Below, piece after piece: positions 1-15,401 of a stretch of 64,000 bases of DNA. A program made the translations under genes and the position numbers. The stretch spans positions 1,254,356-1,318,355 of the forward strand of contig MU057744.1 in NCBI GenBank assembly GCA_013265495.1. Direction: 5' to 3'. Each line of letters opens with the position of its first letter. Positions within the stretch are counted from its first letter, which is position 1. This stretch comes from Vicugna vicugna. Its lineage: Eukaryota. The notes beneath the pieces are model-generated. The model was not told the origin of the DNA, made no database searches, and saw nothing but the letters and a program-made list of their open reading frames with translations.

Positions 1-2
1 CG

Positions 3-389
<387 letters not shown>

Positions 390-554
390 TGAAGAGTCAC
401 AAATACTTCGCGTTTTCAGAACCGTTAAGGAAGAGTCATCTTCAGATGTCACTGATTTCTGGGTTCAGTTTATCGCCAAGCACAGCCAAGAGGCATTTAT
501 TGGCCTACTTACATTTTCCCCCCAACCTCCTTTTGGGTGATAAAATGTTGCCTT

Positions 555-684
555 TTGTTTGTTTGTTTTTGGCGGGTAGGTAATTAAGTCTATTTTAGTA
601 TCATTTAATGGAGGTTATTTATTTAATTGAACCCAGGGCCTCTTGCACACTAAGCACCTACTCTGACCCTGGCTGCGCCTTCCC
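555..684 (-). mobile_element. degenerate tRNA-Ala-derived camelid SINE (Vic-1 type)
   Basis: aggtaattaag...ttgaacccagggcctcttgcacactaagcac matches the reverse complement of the SINE at 54816. Confidence 0.6.
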
Positions 685-720
685 TCTGTGAGCGTCCTTC
701 TTAAAGAGGGGAGCGTCTAA

Positions 721-1383
<663 letters not shown>

Positions 1384-1866
1384 TAGGCCTCTCCTGTCCC
1401 TGTGTGTGAAAAGGCTCTGTGACCTGTCTCGAGTGTCTGTCCCTGTAAGTCATCCCCATCCTCCTCAATGTTGTTGTCACAGTCACAACAGTGAGCTCTC
1501 TGCGCTGCGCGGAGAGGCTGCCAGGAGTTGGGCTGTGGCATTTCTGTCAGTTCGGCCTTTCTGGGAGCCCGTGGGTATAATCCAGGGCCCAGCCTGCCAC
1601 GTGGTTGATGGAAAGGTGTCCCTAGTGACAGACTACACGCTGTACACTTGATCTGCAAAGTGCCAGTTGCTGCTCTTAGATCCCTGGTCTCACTTCTGAG
1701 AACTTCCCACCACAGAATCTCACAAAACGAGGAAATGCAGAGGAAGGGCAGCACAGGGAAGGCCTGCGCGTCTCCCCTCGGGCCGACTCCCCCGTGGTGG
1801 AAGTGAGGGGGCGAGACTGATGTGCTGGGAGAGCCGGGAGCTGATCACTTCCTGTTTCCCTGGCAG

Positions 1867-2013
1867 CACATCCGCGTCGGGTGGGAGCTGCTGCTGACCA
1901 CCATCGCCAGGACCATCAACGAGGTGGAGACCCAGATCCTGACGCGAGATGCCAAGGGCATCACCCAGGAGCAGATGAACGAGTTCCGGGCCTCCTTCAA
2001 CCACTTCGACAGG
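1867..2013 (+). CDS. ACTN2: alpha-actinin-2 exon 18
   Basis: cag|CAC ... AGG|gtggg, 147 nt; [49 protein letters not shown]. Confidence 0.97.
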
Positions 2014-3857
2014 GTGGGTGCCTCGCTCCCGCCGCTGTGAGGGGCCACGCTGGGGACGCCAGACGTGCATTTGAGATTAATACTCAGGCTGTTATTGGAG
2101 CTTCATGTCTGTAGAGGTTACAGGGAAACAGGCTGATTCATGCCACAGGACAACAGCCACCGAGGGGAGGTGTGCTGAGCTCTGATGTCCTCGGGGTGAC
2201 ACCAAGTCCAGATCACATCGTGACCGCCTATAGTTCACAGCTGGCAGCAGAGCTAGGCTGGTTCCACACGAAGGTGTATTCTTAAGGAGACGTGGTTTAG
2301 GCCATTTTTCCAAATACTTAAACACAAAGCTCTAGTGTACTTCTGATTAACTATTTAGTGAAGTACCTGATGAAAATTAACCTACTCTTTTGAGATATAA
2401 AAGTAACTTTTCTTTTTTAATGAACAAAATTGACTCGTGAAATGTTTTAAGGAAAATGCTCTGGCAAAACGGTGATCATTTTCACGGTAAAGGCACATGA
2501 AAAGTTAAGTGCTTCTCTTAGAATATTACCTAGTACTTTGGTTTCAATATTGTTGAGTAAAAGCAGTTCCTCACAAGAAGACCCCTAGTTTCTTACTATC
2601 CACTTAAAAGTGACTCTTTAGGCCACAGTCCACTGGTTAACAATCACTAAAAAAGTATATTCCATTACTTTGTTCGAGACCCTATTTTTGATTTACAAAC
2701 ATCTGTTAAATGGTTCTTAAGATGCCTCTGGGTGAGGCCGGCCATGTTCAGGCCTATGAAAGACTTCAGAAAGCAGACTTCTGACCGGGAGCTGAGGCGT
2801 GAGTACAGAGTTCCACACAGAGCTGGATATGAAAGTTAGCCTGGTTTCAGCACCACTTACTGCACAGAAACATGCTGCAACACTGAGCTGCCTTCATTCA
2901 CTGACATTCAAGTCATTTTCCTCCTGCCGATCAGAGCTCCTACACACGTCCGTCTGGGCTCGTGGGGGGACAGCTCCCACTCTTTTGGGCCACCTCAGAG
3001 GGAAAAACCACATTTACTTGAATCTAGGATAATGAGACGGTCTTTTGCAACAAAAGTCCAAAGGGGGAGGACAGCCCAGAACCTGCCAAGTTTGAAAGTC
3101 TCCGTTGAATAACTGGCTTGGCCAATAGTAAAAGCGTTTTCTTACCTTTGAGTTTATGCTGATGCTTGGTCCTTAGCTGTCCTCCCAAAACCTGCAGGAA
3201 AAGCTTGAGCACCGCCACACACTTGCTGTCACACTGAGGGCTCTGTGTGGGCATGTCTGTTTCAGTGGAATGTGGGTCAGTTGGTCCTGACCTGGCCTTT
3301 TCTGGCCATGACAGCTGTGGTCCCCCGGGGCCCTTCCTGCATGCTGCTCCGGGTAGACCCTCATTGGATTTGCGTGGGAGGCTGGGTTTGCCGCACGGAG
3401 CGGCCTCTCCACCGGGTCCACCGGCCTGGGAGTGGCTGTGGGGTAACTTTCCAGCTTGGGTTGTAGCAACGTGGTCATCTTTGGGGGTGTCTTACCAGTG
3501 AGGACTGCGTGGGGCCACGCGAGAGCATCAGGATTTCTCAGAGCACCTGCAGTGTGTTCCGGCGGCAGCGGGGGCAGCACACAGCCCCCGATGAGGTTGT
3601 TCTCTGTGGCCCTGGGTAGTTCCTCCTGCTTTCTTGAGCATGTGGTCTCCTTTCATTTTTGACCACTGTTCGCCCTCCTTTCCCCCTCCTTTTTGAGAAG
3701 TTATTTTGGAACGTCCCCATGTTGGGTCTGTCCTTCCTGTAAGTCAGCAGTGACCTTTATGGACTCTTTGGCCAAGCTCTGAGTGTCCCTTCTCTTCCTG
3801 GCTTCTGTTCACTGTGCCTCTAATTCTCCACTTCTCTGTTCTCTGTACCTGTCGCAG

Positions 3858-3923
3858 AGGAAGAATGGCCTGATGGACCATGAGGATTTCAGAGCCTGCC
3901 TGATCTCCATGGGCTACGACCTG
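3858..3923 (+). CDS. ACTN2: alpha-actinin-2 exon 19 (66-nt muscle-type, Ca-insensitive EF-hand 1)
   Basis: long pyrimidine tract then cag|AGG ... CTG|gtaag; [22 protein letters not shown]. Confidence 0.96.
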
Positions 3924-4139
3924 GTAAGACAGAGGGCCAAGTTCTACTGACACGTGACACTTCACTGAGGTTAGCTTTACGTCGTAGGCAGTGCCGGCCG
4001 TACAGAACGCAGGCAGCACACCTGGGACTGGGTCACCTCTGTTGTCCAGGGTAATACTTTGGAAGGTGTGCCTGCTACTACAGAAGAAGTTTCACTCAGC
4101 CAGAACATTCATTTTCATTCAATTATTGGTCAGATTTTT

Positions 4140-4795
4140 TTCCCTTTTTTCCTTGAAGTTTAGTTGATTTATAATGTTGTGTATAGTTTCTGGTGTATAG
4201 CATAGTGATTGAGTTATACATATATATATCGTCTTTTTCATTAAACTTGATTATAAGAATGTTATTCCCTGTGCTACATAGTAGGACCTTGCTGTTGATC
4301 TATTTTGTATATAGTAGTCAGTGTCTGCTAATCCGAAATTCCTAATTTATCCCCACCCCCACCCCCTTTCCCTTTGGTAACCATAAGTTTGTTTTCTATG
4401 AGTGTTTCTGTTTTTATGTTGTTGTGGCTTTTTTTGGCAGTGAGGGGAGGTAATTAGGTTTATTTATTTATTTTTAATGTGGGTACTGGAGATCAAACCC
4501 AGGACCTCGTGCATGCTAAGCACGTGCTCTACCACTGAGCTATACCCTCCCCCTTGTTTCTGTTTTGTAAGTTAGTTCAATTGTATCATTTTCTTAGATT
4601 CCACATATAAATTATACAATATTTGCTTTCTTTGTCTAACTTATTTAGTATGATCATCTCCAGGTCCATACACATTGCTGCAAATGGCATTATTTCATTC
4701 TTCTTTATGGCTGAGTAGTATTCCATTGTATAAATATACCACAGCTTCTTTATCCAGACATCTATTGAGGGACATTTAGGTTGTTTCCATGTCAG
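4140..4795 (-). mobile_element. LINE-1 3' fragment (cetartiodactyl type), interrupted by a SINE
   Basis: ttgaagtttagttgatttataatgttgt...ggtaaccataagtttgttttctatg...catgttgc-like/gcaaatggcattatttcattc...ggctgagtagtattccattgt are L1 3' end motifs. Confidence 0.85.
4415..4554 (-). mobile_element. Vic-1-type camelid SINE nested in L1
   Basis: reverse strand ggggagggtatagctcagtggtagagcacgtgcttagcatgcacgaggtcctggg (tRNA-Ala head); TSD tgtttctgtttt at 4403-4414 and 4555-4566. Confidence 0.9.
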
Positions 4796-5465
4796 CTTTT
4801 CTTCCTAGTGAAGGAAGAGAACGTAAACTTTCCTGAAGATTTTTAAAACAGTTTAATTGAGATATAATTCATATAGTGTACAATTTGCCCATTTAAAGTG
4901 TACACTTCAATGTCTTTTAGTATCCTGCTGATTTTTAAAGTGATTTTTCCTCTAGTATTTTAGAAGGTAAAAAGTTTTTAGTAATGAACGAGCTAAGGAT
5001 ACCTTCCATCCCCCACGGGCTGCGAGGGTGTGGGCGGCCCCCACCCCTATACCTGTTGATGTACTGCTGGGCACGGGCTACTCCGATTCCACTCAGGACT
5101 TTCACAGAAGCATCATGAGAGCCTCTTTGGACCTGCCTTCTCTTTAGCAGTGCCCTCTTCTTGATTGTAGTCTGAGAACAGGCCTGACTCCCTTTGAATT
5201 CCTCCTCCATCATTACCTTTAAGTCCTGAAGGCAACTCGGGTCAGAGAGAGGAGGGAATTCTGACAAAATTTGGGAGCTTCTGTGTTGATGCTACAGCAG
5301 TGTTTAAAGTCACTTGGTGGCGATAAGCTTAAGTCACCCGCCAAGGGGAATCTGTTCCAGAAGTGGGAGGGAAATGCAGGGGATGTTAAGTTTTAAGTAG
5401 AAAGGAACTCGCCCTCCAGCCGGTAGAAATGGGGGAATGGCTCTGCTGGGAGGGGTGTCCGCTGA

Positions 5466-5795
<330 letters not shown>

Positions 5796-7069
5796 TAGCA
5801 GCGCTGAATTCAGAAAGCATGGAAGTCTAGCTGTGGTGGGCCTGGGACAAACGGAACACACACGTGCCATCCCTGCGTCTGTGCTGGGTCCTCACAGGGC
5901 CATTTATGGAGGGAACCCAGAGTGTGTATTTTGCAGAGGTTTTTGTGTGTGTTTTACTGGTTCAGCCCCACTTTACATTCCGGGTTGGAGGTTACGACTC
6001 TGAAAGGAGGAACCACGCCGATTCAGATGTTACAAAACTGAGAACCCTCTCTTAAGGATCAGTGACCCCGACTTTGTGCCCAGCCCTTGGAGCAAAGTTA
6101 GCAAAGTTAAATACAGCCGTTCAGTCATTTTAAAAACTGACAAGTTTTTCATCACCTGTAGCCTAGAAATTAAGAAGGAGTTTCCCCGCAAGTTTAGAAT
6201 GTTCACATCTGGTAACAAAAACAACAAACGTCTCAGTATGCACAAATTCCGTTTGGGATATGATTCTTTTATCTGGTGTTCTAGCTGAGAGGGAAAGGAG
6301 GTTGGGATGTTAAAACATCAGCACTGCCATGTTTATTACCTTAAAAAATCTTATCAGACAAGGTAAACTGTCTTTAAAATAATTACATTTGTTTTACAAT
6401 GAATCCTTTATCATATGGAAGAGGTGGAGGGGAGAAAGTCCAACTGATGTAGGAGATAATAAACTACAGGTCATCTAACCCCCTACAAAACCCTACTATA
6501 AATTACAACGTGATATTTGCTCTTTATTTGACTCTTACCAGCCAGTCTGTTTTACCAGAAATATCCTAATTCCTGGTGGACAACTGACGTTAAAAAAAAA
6601 AGAAAGATTCAATGTTAGTTGTAGTTTCCTTTAGAAAGAGGCTTTCTCCAGTGGCAGCACACTTCTAGCTTTTTAATAAACTGCATAGGAAAATGACTGC
6701 ATTTGCTAAAAGCACGTATCATACACACACATACACAGATGATGTTAAATACCCCCTATGTTTTCATCGGCGTATGACGTCAACCGGCCATCCCTGTATC
6801 TTTCTGATATGAAGTTTAGATCAGAGCATTTTCACTTGCATCATGCCTCAGTTAGGGAAATACTGATGGTCGTGCCCGCTGTGTGTTTCTTTCTGAAGTG
6901 TATGAAATTCCTGCTGGCCCAAAGACCAACCACCTTGCACAGAAGCTCTCACGAGTGAAACTCAGCCTTTTGTTGGTTGTCTGGCACTAACCCCATTCGA
7001 CTCCCCGCCTTTAGCCCTTTATAAAAGTTAAACAAATGTGAGCAAGGTGTAAGTGTTTAGACCATGTAG

Positions 7070-7282
<213 letters not shown>

Positions 7283-9150
7283 TGCTGAGTTCTGTAACCA
7301 CGGGTCCCATCAGAACGCAATAAAAGCTGAAGTCACGGTTTGTTTCTTGGAAACTTTGACAAGCTTCATTAAGTTAAGAGAGAATTTTTTGCAGTTCAGT
7401 TTTTGCTAGCAGTGTTAATCTGGCTGGGGTTAAGTTTTTACAGTGTATGACATGGTGTGCTTCACAAATAGGTTTATTTCTGAGTTTTTAGCTAAATGCA
7501 ATGAAATGTCAGGTGTTTTGTTGGGTCCTTTGATAAAATAAAGCAGATTACTTGAGTAGTATGGAATTAGGAGGGCCTAGGGACAGAAAAAAAGCACAAA
7601 ACGGGAAAATTCCAAAACAGTCCAGATTTAAGACTAGGGAAAAAAAGCAAATGATATTTAAAAAATATTCTTTGCATCTAATTTGCTGATATGATTATCC
7701 CTAGGGGAGGATGCCGGGGATCTTGGTGTTTCACTTTCTTGCTTATCCAAAGATTAGCTCTATTTAAGGTAAATGGTACTGTTGGCCTCGTTAGCTGAAT
7801 TTAATATTGTGAGATGGAACTTCCAGGGAATAGAAACAGATTATGCAAAAGATGTCTAGTACTTACAAAGTGTTCTGTGGGGATTACCGCCGGCTCTTCA
7901 TTATTAGGACTACGTCGTCTAGTGAGTGGGTTTCAATGCCTTACTTACCCTCCAAAGTAGGGACCTCAGGGAACGTGGAAGACAGTTTAATTGCCAGAGA
8001 GAAAGATGGAATCGCTAGGCAAGATGAGTGTTTTAGGATTATTTCTTGATTCCAGGTTTCTGTGCTTTTTCCTGAGGTTGTCAGTATGCTAGGCTCTCCA
8101 GAGATGACCGAAGATGTCTGTAGCAATAGTTCACACAAGGGGACACACCAGAAACTGGTCCCCGTCCAGCTCCCCAGGCAGGTCTCCTTTATGCCTTTAG
8201 TTTCATGGTCTGGTAAGGAGGAGTTAGGTTACAGCAGTAGAGGTAAGTTTTTTCACTGCAGAACCTTCACATATTTGGAGGTGGATTCAGTTCGTGCAGC
8301 AGGAGTTCCTAGATGCGTCTGTTGCACTGGGGGTGCGCTCCCGCATGACTGGATGGGGGGGTCCTAGCACGTCCCAGCTCTGGCTCCGTCCGCATAGGAG
8401 CCCCACGGCAGAGGACGCCAAGGGCACCTGCCTGCATCCTGAGCTGTCAGCGTTCACCCATTTTTCTGCTCAGGCTGCCATACGCTGTACCCCCCAACCC
8501 CTACCCAGTTTTTCCATCTTGTTGACAGCTTGTAGAGAAGAAAGTGGAATTCTTTTTATAGCTGAGTCCTGAATGATCAGGAAATGAATTGCAAACAGCA
8601 ATTAAAGTTTTACTAGAAAAGCAGTAACGTGCCTATTACCTACAGCCTGTCTCCTCAGACTTTTATAGCTTTCCAGCGATAGCTGGAAATGTGATATTTT
8701 CCATTCATAACTGTCTGGTAACTGAATACTTTTAACTACATTAGCCCATTTAGAACTTTCAGTCTTTATAAATTTCATTTAATTTTGCTTCATTTAGTTA
8801 AGCAGTTGGTAGTTTGCAAGTTCCTGAAATATCTCAGTCCTTGAGTTCAGTGTCAGACACTTTTGGGGTGGTGTTCAGGTGAACTCGGACTCCTTATTTG
8901 ACTTCAAGCAGGTGCTATATTCCAGCCATAAACATTAAGGGGAAAACGGGAAGCTGTTCTGCCTTTGAGGCCACTGGGGGGATCTGTGGGGTTTCAGGAT
9001 GGATACAGGTAGTCCATCTACCTAAAATTTTAATTTCTTTACAACATTCGGGCAAGAGAATGGATCAATACTATTTGCTAATAAATGAAAAAAGGAAATA
9101 AACTCTGAAAAAAACACTTAATAAACATGTTTATACTCTCATATTAGAAG
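7283..9150 (+). terminator. ACTN2: ACTN2 3' UTR with candidate polyadenylation signals
   Basis: AATAAA at 7319, 7537, 9080, 9097 and 9120; the actual cleavage site cannot be read from DNA. Confidence 0.55.
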
Positions 9151-9289
9151 TTTTTATTTCTGAAGCTGAATTACTGATTAAACTTAATTTGTAAAAGAAA
9201 AGGAATGCCTGTTTTTATTATTTCAAAGAATAACCAGTTTCTTTAATCATAAACGTTCCTCACTTGAAATTTCTGTCACGTTTGGGGGA

Positions 9290-9410
9290 GTGTATTGGAG
9301 AAGGTAATGAGGTTTATGTTTTTGTTTTTGTTTTTTTAAAAACGGAGGTATGAGGGATTGAACCCAGGACCTCAAGCATACGAGGCACACACTTTACCAC
9401 CAAGCTACAC
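9290..9410 (-). mobile_element. Vic-1-type SINE, diverged
   Basis: aggtaatgaggttt...gggattgaacccaggacctcaagcatacgaggcacacactttaccaccaagctac. Confidence 0.75.
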
Positions 9411-10369
9411 TTGGCTGTTGTTTCCCAGACTTTCCTCCTGGTTCTTGTGTGTTCATGAAATAAGAAACTGGAGATGAGTGCTCTACAGCCCTGAAGTAAA
9501 AAGAAAACTCTAAATGATATAAAGTTAGAAACTTGTATTTTAAGAAGTAGGAACTTGTTACCAAGCTGACCAAGGTTGACCCACAGTTTCTTGCGTTATT
9601 TGCCAAGAAGGCATTGGGGCGTCCAACTGTGTCCACGAACTTTCTCAAATACCCAGGAGCCTACGCAGTGACTACGTTGCATTATAACACTTAATATACT
9701 GCGTGCCTGAGGCGTTTTCAAATTTCAGATGGAATCAGCAGAGAAAGAGACAGGATTTCTTTTTCCTTTTGGATTAATAATTCAGTACTTAAGCAACAGA
9801 CAGACCATCCTTCCTCCTAAGCTGGGAGTTGGAGGTGGTGGTGATTTGTCAGCGAGAATCCCTAGCCTTAAAGTCTTTTTGGAATTATCTCCGTGGCATT
9901 GCTGACTTCCCCCTCGGTACACAGATGGGCAGAAGAAAGGCTGGGAGTCCAAGTTATGTGGCTGGGAACTTCCAGGAAGCCATGGTGGCAGATTTAGCGA
10001 TAACCAGTCACAGGGTGTCTTTATAAGACCAGCTCCCAGAGATGGAGAAAGATTAGCTACGTCAAGAACAGTCGTAGAAGAAAAAAAGACCTTTGAATAC
10101 CCAGTATGAACAATGACATGTATTTATGGTGGACATTTAATTGTGTAATTGCAGAATTACCTAGGTGACAGTGCCCAAAACCGAGGCTGGCAGCCCTGCT
10201 CACAATGACCCTCCCCTTCCACTGCCTCTGTCTCCCCCACCCCCGCCCCTCCTGTGTGTGCAGAGCCCTGGTGCTGCCCTAGAAGTCCAAGGGCCTCTCC
10301 GAGTAGCACTGCCGGGAGCACTCCCTTCCCCTGACCTGGTTCCCCACCTGCTCTGTTTCCGTGACTCAC

Positions 10370-10542
10370 CTCCAGATGCACAGCACATTCACCCAGGATG
10401 CTGTTTAAAATTGCTGATGCCTGGACCCCCCTAGACCACACAAACCAGAAGATTCAGTAGTGGTGGGAGTGGGAGCCAGCACTCAGCTTGATTAGCTCCC
10501 CGACCAGTCACTGCAGGGTGGGAGCTGAGACCGCTGTTCTAG
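10370..10542. mobile_element. MER5-like hAT-Charlie DNA transposon relic
   Basis: tttaaaattgctgatgcctggacccc...gattcagtagtggtgggagtggg...gagaccgctgttctag. Confidence 0.5.
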
Positions 10543-12658
10543 GCTGTCAGAACATGACTTTTCTGTGCTTCAGGACCCTGCACTCTGCCTTGCTGCTAAC
10601 TGCACAAGCAGACAAGTGCAGGGAGGTGATGTGCCAACAGCAGTCACGCCAGGTGGGGGGACCAGCCCTCTCTCTCCGCCGCCACTCCCACACGCACCTC
10701 ATACCCATCCTTTCCTGAGCAGGCTTGTTTCTAAAAGGTCATCCTTTCGTCGAATTGTTTCCAATGTTTCAGATGCTGGAGAGGGCTCTGAAGCCCTTCT
10801 CCAGTGGGGCAAATCCTGCCATGCCCCAGGTCTGTCTCCTCCTTTGAGACGCTTTCCCAGCCAAGCCACCCTTCACAGGTCATCTCTCCCCTCCTTCCAG
10901 GGTTTGCTCTTGCTCCTGCTTTAAGCATCTCGCGCACGGCCCTGTGTTTGTGCTGGGCTGAGACCACTGAGGGCAGGAACTTGTCTAAACTTTAGCGTGG
11001 GACCAGGCACGTGGCAGGCAATGAGCACTGAATGAACAGTTTTGCACGCTGGCGTGAGTTTGAGTATGACTGAGTAGGACCCGCAGGAGTGAGAAGAGGT
11101 GGAAATAATCCGGCCAGTGGCTGGCTGGAGAGGGGAGGGGAAGAATGCAAACGATGCATGACTTAGAGGCACGGTCCTCCCGCAGGTGTGCACGTCCACT
11201 GAAGATGTCCCAGTGCTTCATGGAAATGGATGCTTCTAGTGCATTTCTAGATCTTTAACTTCCTCCTTAATATCACGGGGTCTCCTCTGTTACTTTGGCT
11301 CGCGTAAGCACCCTTCTCCTACTTTTCGAAAGAAGAGCACACCCCTCGTCCATTCTAAATCTTACCAAGGTCCATCTACCTGTAAAAATCTCCAGGGCTC
11401 AAAACAAGGGGTTATTTTTAAGTATTATTTTGGGGAATCCCTAAAGAGGGGCTTGATTGAGGCACCATACCCCCACCCTGAAATTTTCCATCTCTTCCTG
11501 TCTCATTCATTGGTCTGCTAAAGGCGAAGTTGGCATTGGGAATGGGACTTGCTGGCCTTTTGGGGGCATTCTGAAGTCTGAGTGTGTACCACACAGTGTG
11601 GGGTGGCAGTGACACCCGTTTTCACTTGCTGACCTTACACTCTGTACTCCTGGTACCGCCAGGATGAACTGCTCATGAGGGAGATTAGTGACGGAAGATC
11701 GGAGCATCAGTAAGAAACAAACAGCTTTCTAGGGGTCGTGTATTTAACCACTAAGCAATTCTGTAAAGCTACTTTCAAGAATAATCCTTAGAATGAGTTA
11801 GCCAGTTAGACAGCACCACTGAATAACCAGGGCAGCCCAGGCCGGTAACGGGAGTGCTTTCTGAGACAAACACCACTTTCAGACTTCACTAGACAGAACC
11901 TGTGGTCATTGTTTATGTAATTTCTTTTAGACTTGATGTATATTGTACAAGAAGGCATTAAGAGCATATTTATCCAAGCGTATAAACTATTCCTGTTACA
12001 ATCTGGAACTAACTTCATCAAATAAAATATTTAGCAGGCACTATTTCATGTTGGCTAGAAAATAAAATTTATATTAGGTATCAGGCCAACTGATTTACTC
12101 TGTTAAGTACTCTGGAAACATTCGATCAGAATGTCTAAGAAAATTCAAGGAATTATTCCTTAATTTTATGCATGGTTTTTATTTAACAATTCCCAAACAC
12201 AAGTTCAGTACACACAAGCCCACTGTTACCAAAGAAGTGCCACTCCTCCTAGGACCCCGCCTTTCTTCATGGATAACTTAAAACTGTAGCTACGTATTAT
12301 ACTGCATAAATGAGAACAATTTTACATAATGAAAAATTTAATTACATTAGCACAACAGCATTTTACTCTTGGCTTAACTGCCTTTACAAGATCAGTTGCA
12401 ATATTTATTTCTCAGTAGTCTTTATACTCTTCCTCAAAATGTGTTGAGTTTATTTGAATTGAAAATGAAGTTGGATTTTTTTTTTAACCACAGAAAATAG
12501 GCTGATTTAGTTAATTATTTAGCCTGACTTGGGTAATTAGGCTACATGGGGGGAAATTTACCATTTCTTCAGTTATCTAAATCTGAGTCTCCAATGTTTG
12601 AAGAAAATATAATTAAAGCACACAATCACATAAAAGCATTTTATTAAGAAAGGAACTG

Positions 12659-15362
12659 AGGTGGGGAGATGACTCACAGCTCACCTTCTCCCACAAATAC
12701 ACCAAGAATTACATCTACAGATCCACTGAATCGCACAGAACACCTACTGAACTCTGGCCGAGTGTCTCTCACTTCAAAATACAGGAGGATTCCTTACAAA
12801 ATCCAATAGGAGGAAAAAAAGAAAAGAAAAGAGAAAAAGACAGTCGGTGCAGGACTGGTCCTGCAGGGAAGGAGCGGCATAGGAAGAAAGGCACCCTCAC
12901 GGTGGGCCGCGCCCTCTCCAGCCAGGAGGTCAATGGGGACAGAAGTGGAGCTTCCAAGGTTCAAGGTTGGGAGTAGAAAGCAGTAGCCTTTGGCAAACAA
13001 AACAGAGAAACTGACACGGAGGGTCCCTGCGATCTGCGCCCTAGATGTGAGCTGGGAGGGAAAAGCTGGGGCTGGCTGCTGGAGATGGGTGAGGGGCCTG
13101 GGGCCCACTGTACAGGGGCAGCCTCAGAGAACTGGAGGGCGATGTGAGCTCTGGCTGGGGGTGTGTGCGGAACAGAACAACCTAGGACCCACATAAAAAA
13201 GCACCACTGCTGGTGTGCATGGTGGGGAGGGCCACAACACAGCTGTGCCATAACCTGTCTCCACTTGGCTCCACTGCTGGTGTGTTCTCATGAGAAGAGA
13301 GGTGGGGCTCGGTCATAGCCATCCCTGCTGCGCGGATTCGGGGCTGAAAGCTGAATCCTACCCAGCAGCCCTGCAACTTCACAGGTGGGACTGAGATCTG
13401 ATTACAGCCCCAGGCAGAGAGGGCAGACATGCCGTCTCTGGACCCTTTGTGGACCCGAGCCTCTGGGATGAACGGGCAGTAAGTGGAGTTCTGAGTAACA
13501 GCAGGGGCGGTACATGTATTTATGTTGGCCAGCATACCATACTGTATGCAGAGGCTGGGTGGGGTCTGCACTGACCCTGTTGTGCAACAAGGATTCAGGT
13601 GCATACTCGCTACAGTGGGTCTTAGCACCTGACACCGGCAGATCTGCACTGTTGGTTCTGTGGGCCCAGAACCTGAGGGACACCAGAGTGGGTGGCTGAC
13701 ATTTCCACAGCTAAGGCAGGGACAAAGGCAGCGTCAACAAAGAGTATTTTATAAGCCCACATAGCAAGTGACAGACACCACCACAGAGGGCACATCCCAG
13801 TGGACATCTCCTGCCTACTTTTCTTCCCAGCTGAAGTGCTCCAAACCTGCCTACTACATACCACAGCTCAGAAATGGGTCTAGAAGCCTCTATCCCAGCA
13901 ACAGGGGAGCAGACCAGGCCTTTGGCAAGGCTGTGACAACAAAGGAGGCCCTGCTCAACAACAACAATCAAGGCAGACTCTGATCACCACAGCACCAACT
14001 ACACCCCCAATCAAGGGGTAACAGCCAACACACACTGAAGAAAGATGTGGCAACCAACCATACTAAGAGCCATTGCAACAAAACTATTAGATGTACACAG
14101 TCTACACAGGAATGCTCCCACTTTAAACAAATAAAAAACCCCAAAACAGCCCTTCAAGACCACAGTAGGTAACTAATACTCCATAATCCATAGTGCCAGA
14201 GAGATGTAAGTAAAAGAAGCAGAACCACTCCCAATTAAAAGAACAAGAAAAGTCCCCTGAAAGAACAATCAATGAAATAGACCTCAACAGTCTACTAGAT
14301 CATGACTTCAAAAAGGGGGTGATAAAAGCACTAAAGGAAATAAGAGACTATGAATAGAGACAGAGAATACTGTAAAAAAGAAATAGAAACAATAGAGCCA
14401 ATTAAAAACAGAAAACTCAATGTATGAGATAAGAGCTGAGCTAAAGGCAGTCAAAAGCAGACTAGATAATGCTGAGGAATGAATAAGTGACTTAGAAGAC
14501 AGGATGACAGAAATCACCCAATCAGAACAACAGATAGAAAAGCAAGTAAAAACTAATGAAAGCAATATAAGGGACCTACGAGATACTATAAAGCATGCTA
14601 ACCTATGCATAATAGGGGTCCCAGAAGAAGAAAGAGCAAAGGGGGTTGAAAAGGTGTTTGAAGAAATTGTGACTGAAAACTTCCCAGACCGAAGGAAGGA
14701 ACCAGATATCCAAGTACAGGAAGCAAAGAGGGTCCCAAACAAGAAAAACTCAAACAGACCTACACCAAGACTTATTATAATTAAGTTGGTCAAGTTTAAA
14801 GGAAAAGAAATGATTCTAAAGGCAGCAAGAGAAAAACAGAGTTAGTTACAAGGGAACCTCCATAAGGCTTTCAGCTGATTTCTCAACAAAAACATTGCAG
14901 GCTGGAAGGGTATGGCAAGATATATTCAAAGCCCTGAATGAGAAAAAGCTGCAACCTAGGATACTCTATCCAGCAAGGCTATCCTTTAGAATAGAAGAGG
15001 AGATAAAGAATTTCACAGACAAGCAAAAACTAAAAGAATTCAGCAATGTTAAACATATGCTAAAAGAAATATTAAAAGGTCTAAATAGAAAAGAAGCAGG
15101 TTGCTATAGAAAGGAGAAAACCATAATTGGAAGTGCAATAACTACAATGAGTTGCAAGAGACTAAACATGAAGATGTAAAAGAGGACATAAATATCATTA
15201 AAGGTGAGAGAAGAGAGCAAGAAAATATAGATTTTTTTCTTTTTTTATTCTTTTAAGGATGTGTTTGAGCTTACATGAATATCAGTTTAAAGCAGAGATT
15301 CAGTAATGCATTAATATACTTGAAAAACAGAGTAACCACAAATCAAAAGCATACAGAGTTAC

Positions 15363-15401
<39 letters not shown>

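Noticed and set aside
2014..3857. Relic of the non-muscle mutually exclusive EF-hand exon (19a of ACTN1/ACTN4), or a distant branch point
   Set aside because: No convincing homologous segment was found by eye; the AG-free zone before exon 19 is only about 70 nt, with an ordinary nearby branch-like ctctaat.
4480..4554. Apparent tRNA-Ala(AGC) gene (also at 54816-54885)
   Set aside because: Followed by the SINE body and A-rich tail and flanked by TSDs; these are tRNA-derived SINE heads, not tRNA genes.
5900..5909. CArG box CCATTTATGG in an ACTN2 intron (and MEF2-like CTATAAATAG at 44568, CTAAAAATAG at 17793)
   Set aside because: Isolated short motifs are expected by chance in 64 kb; one lies within L1; no clustering is seen.
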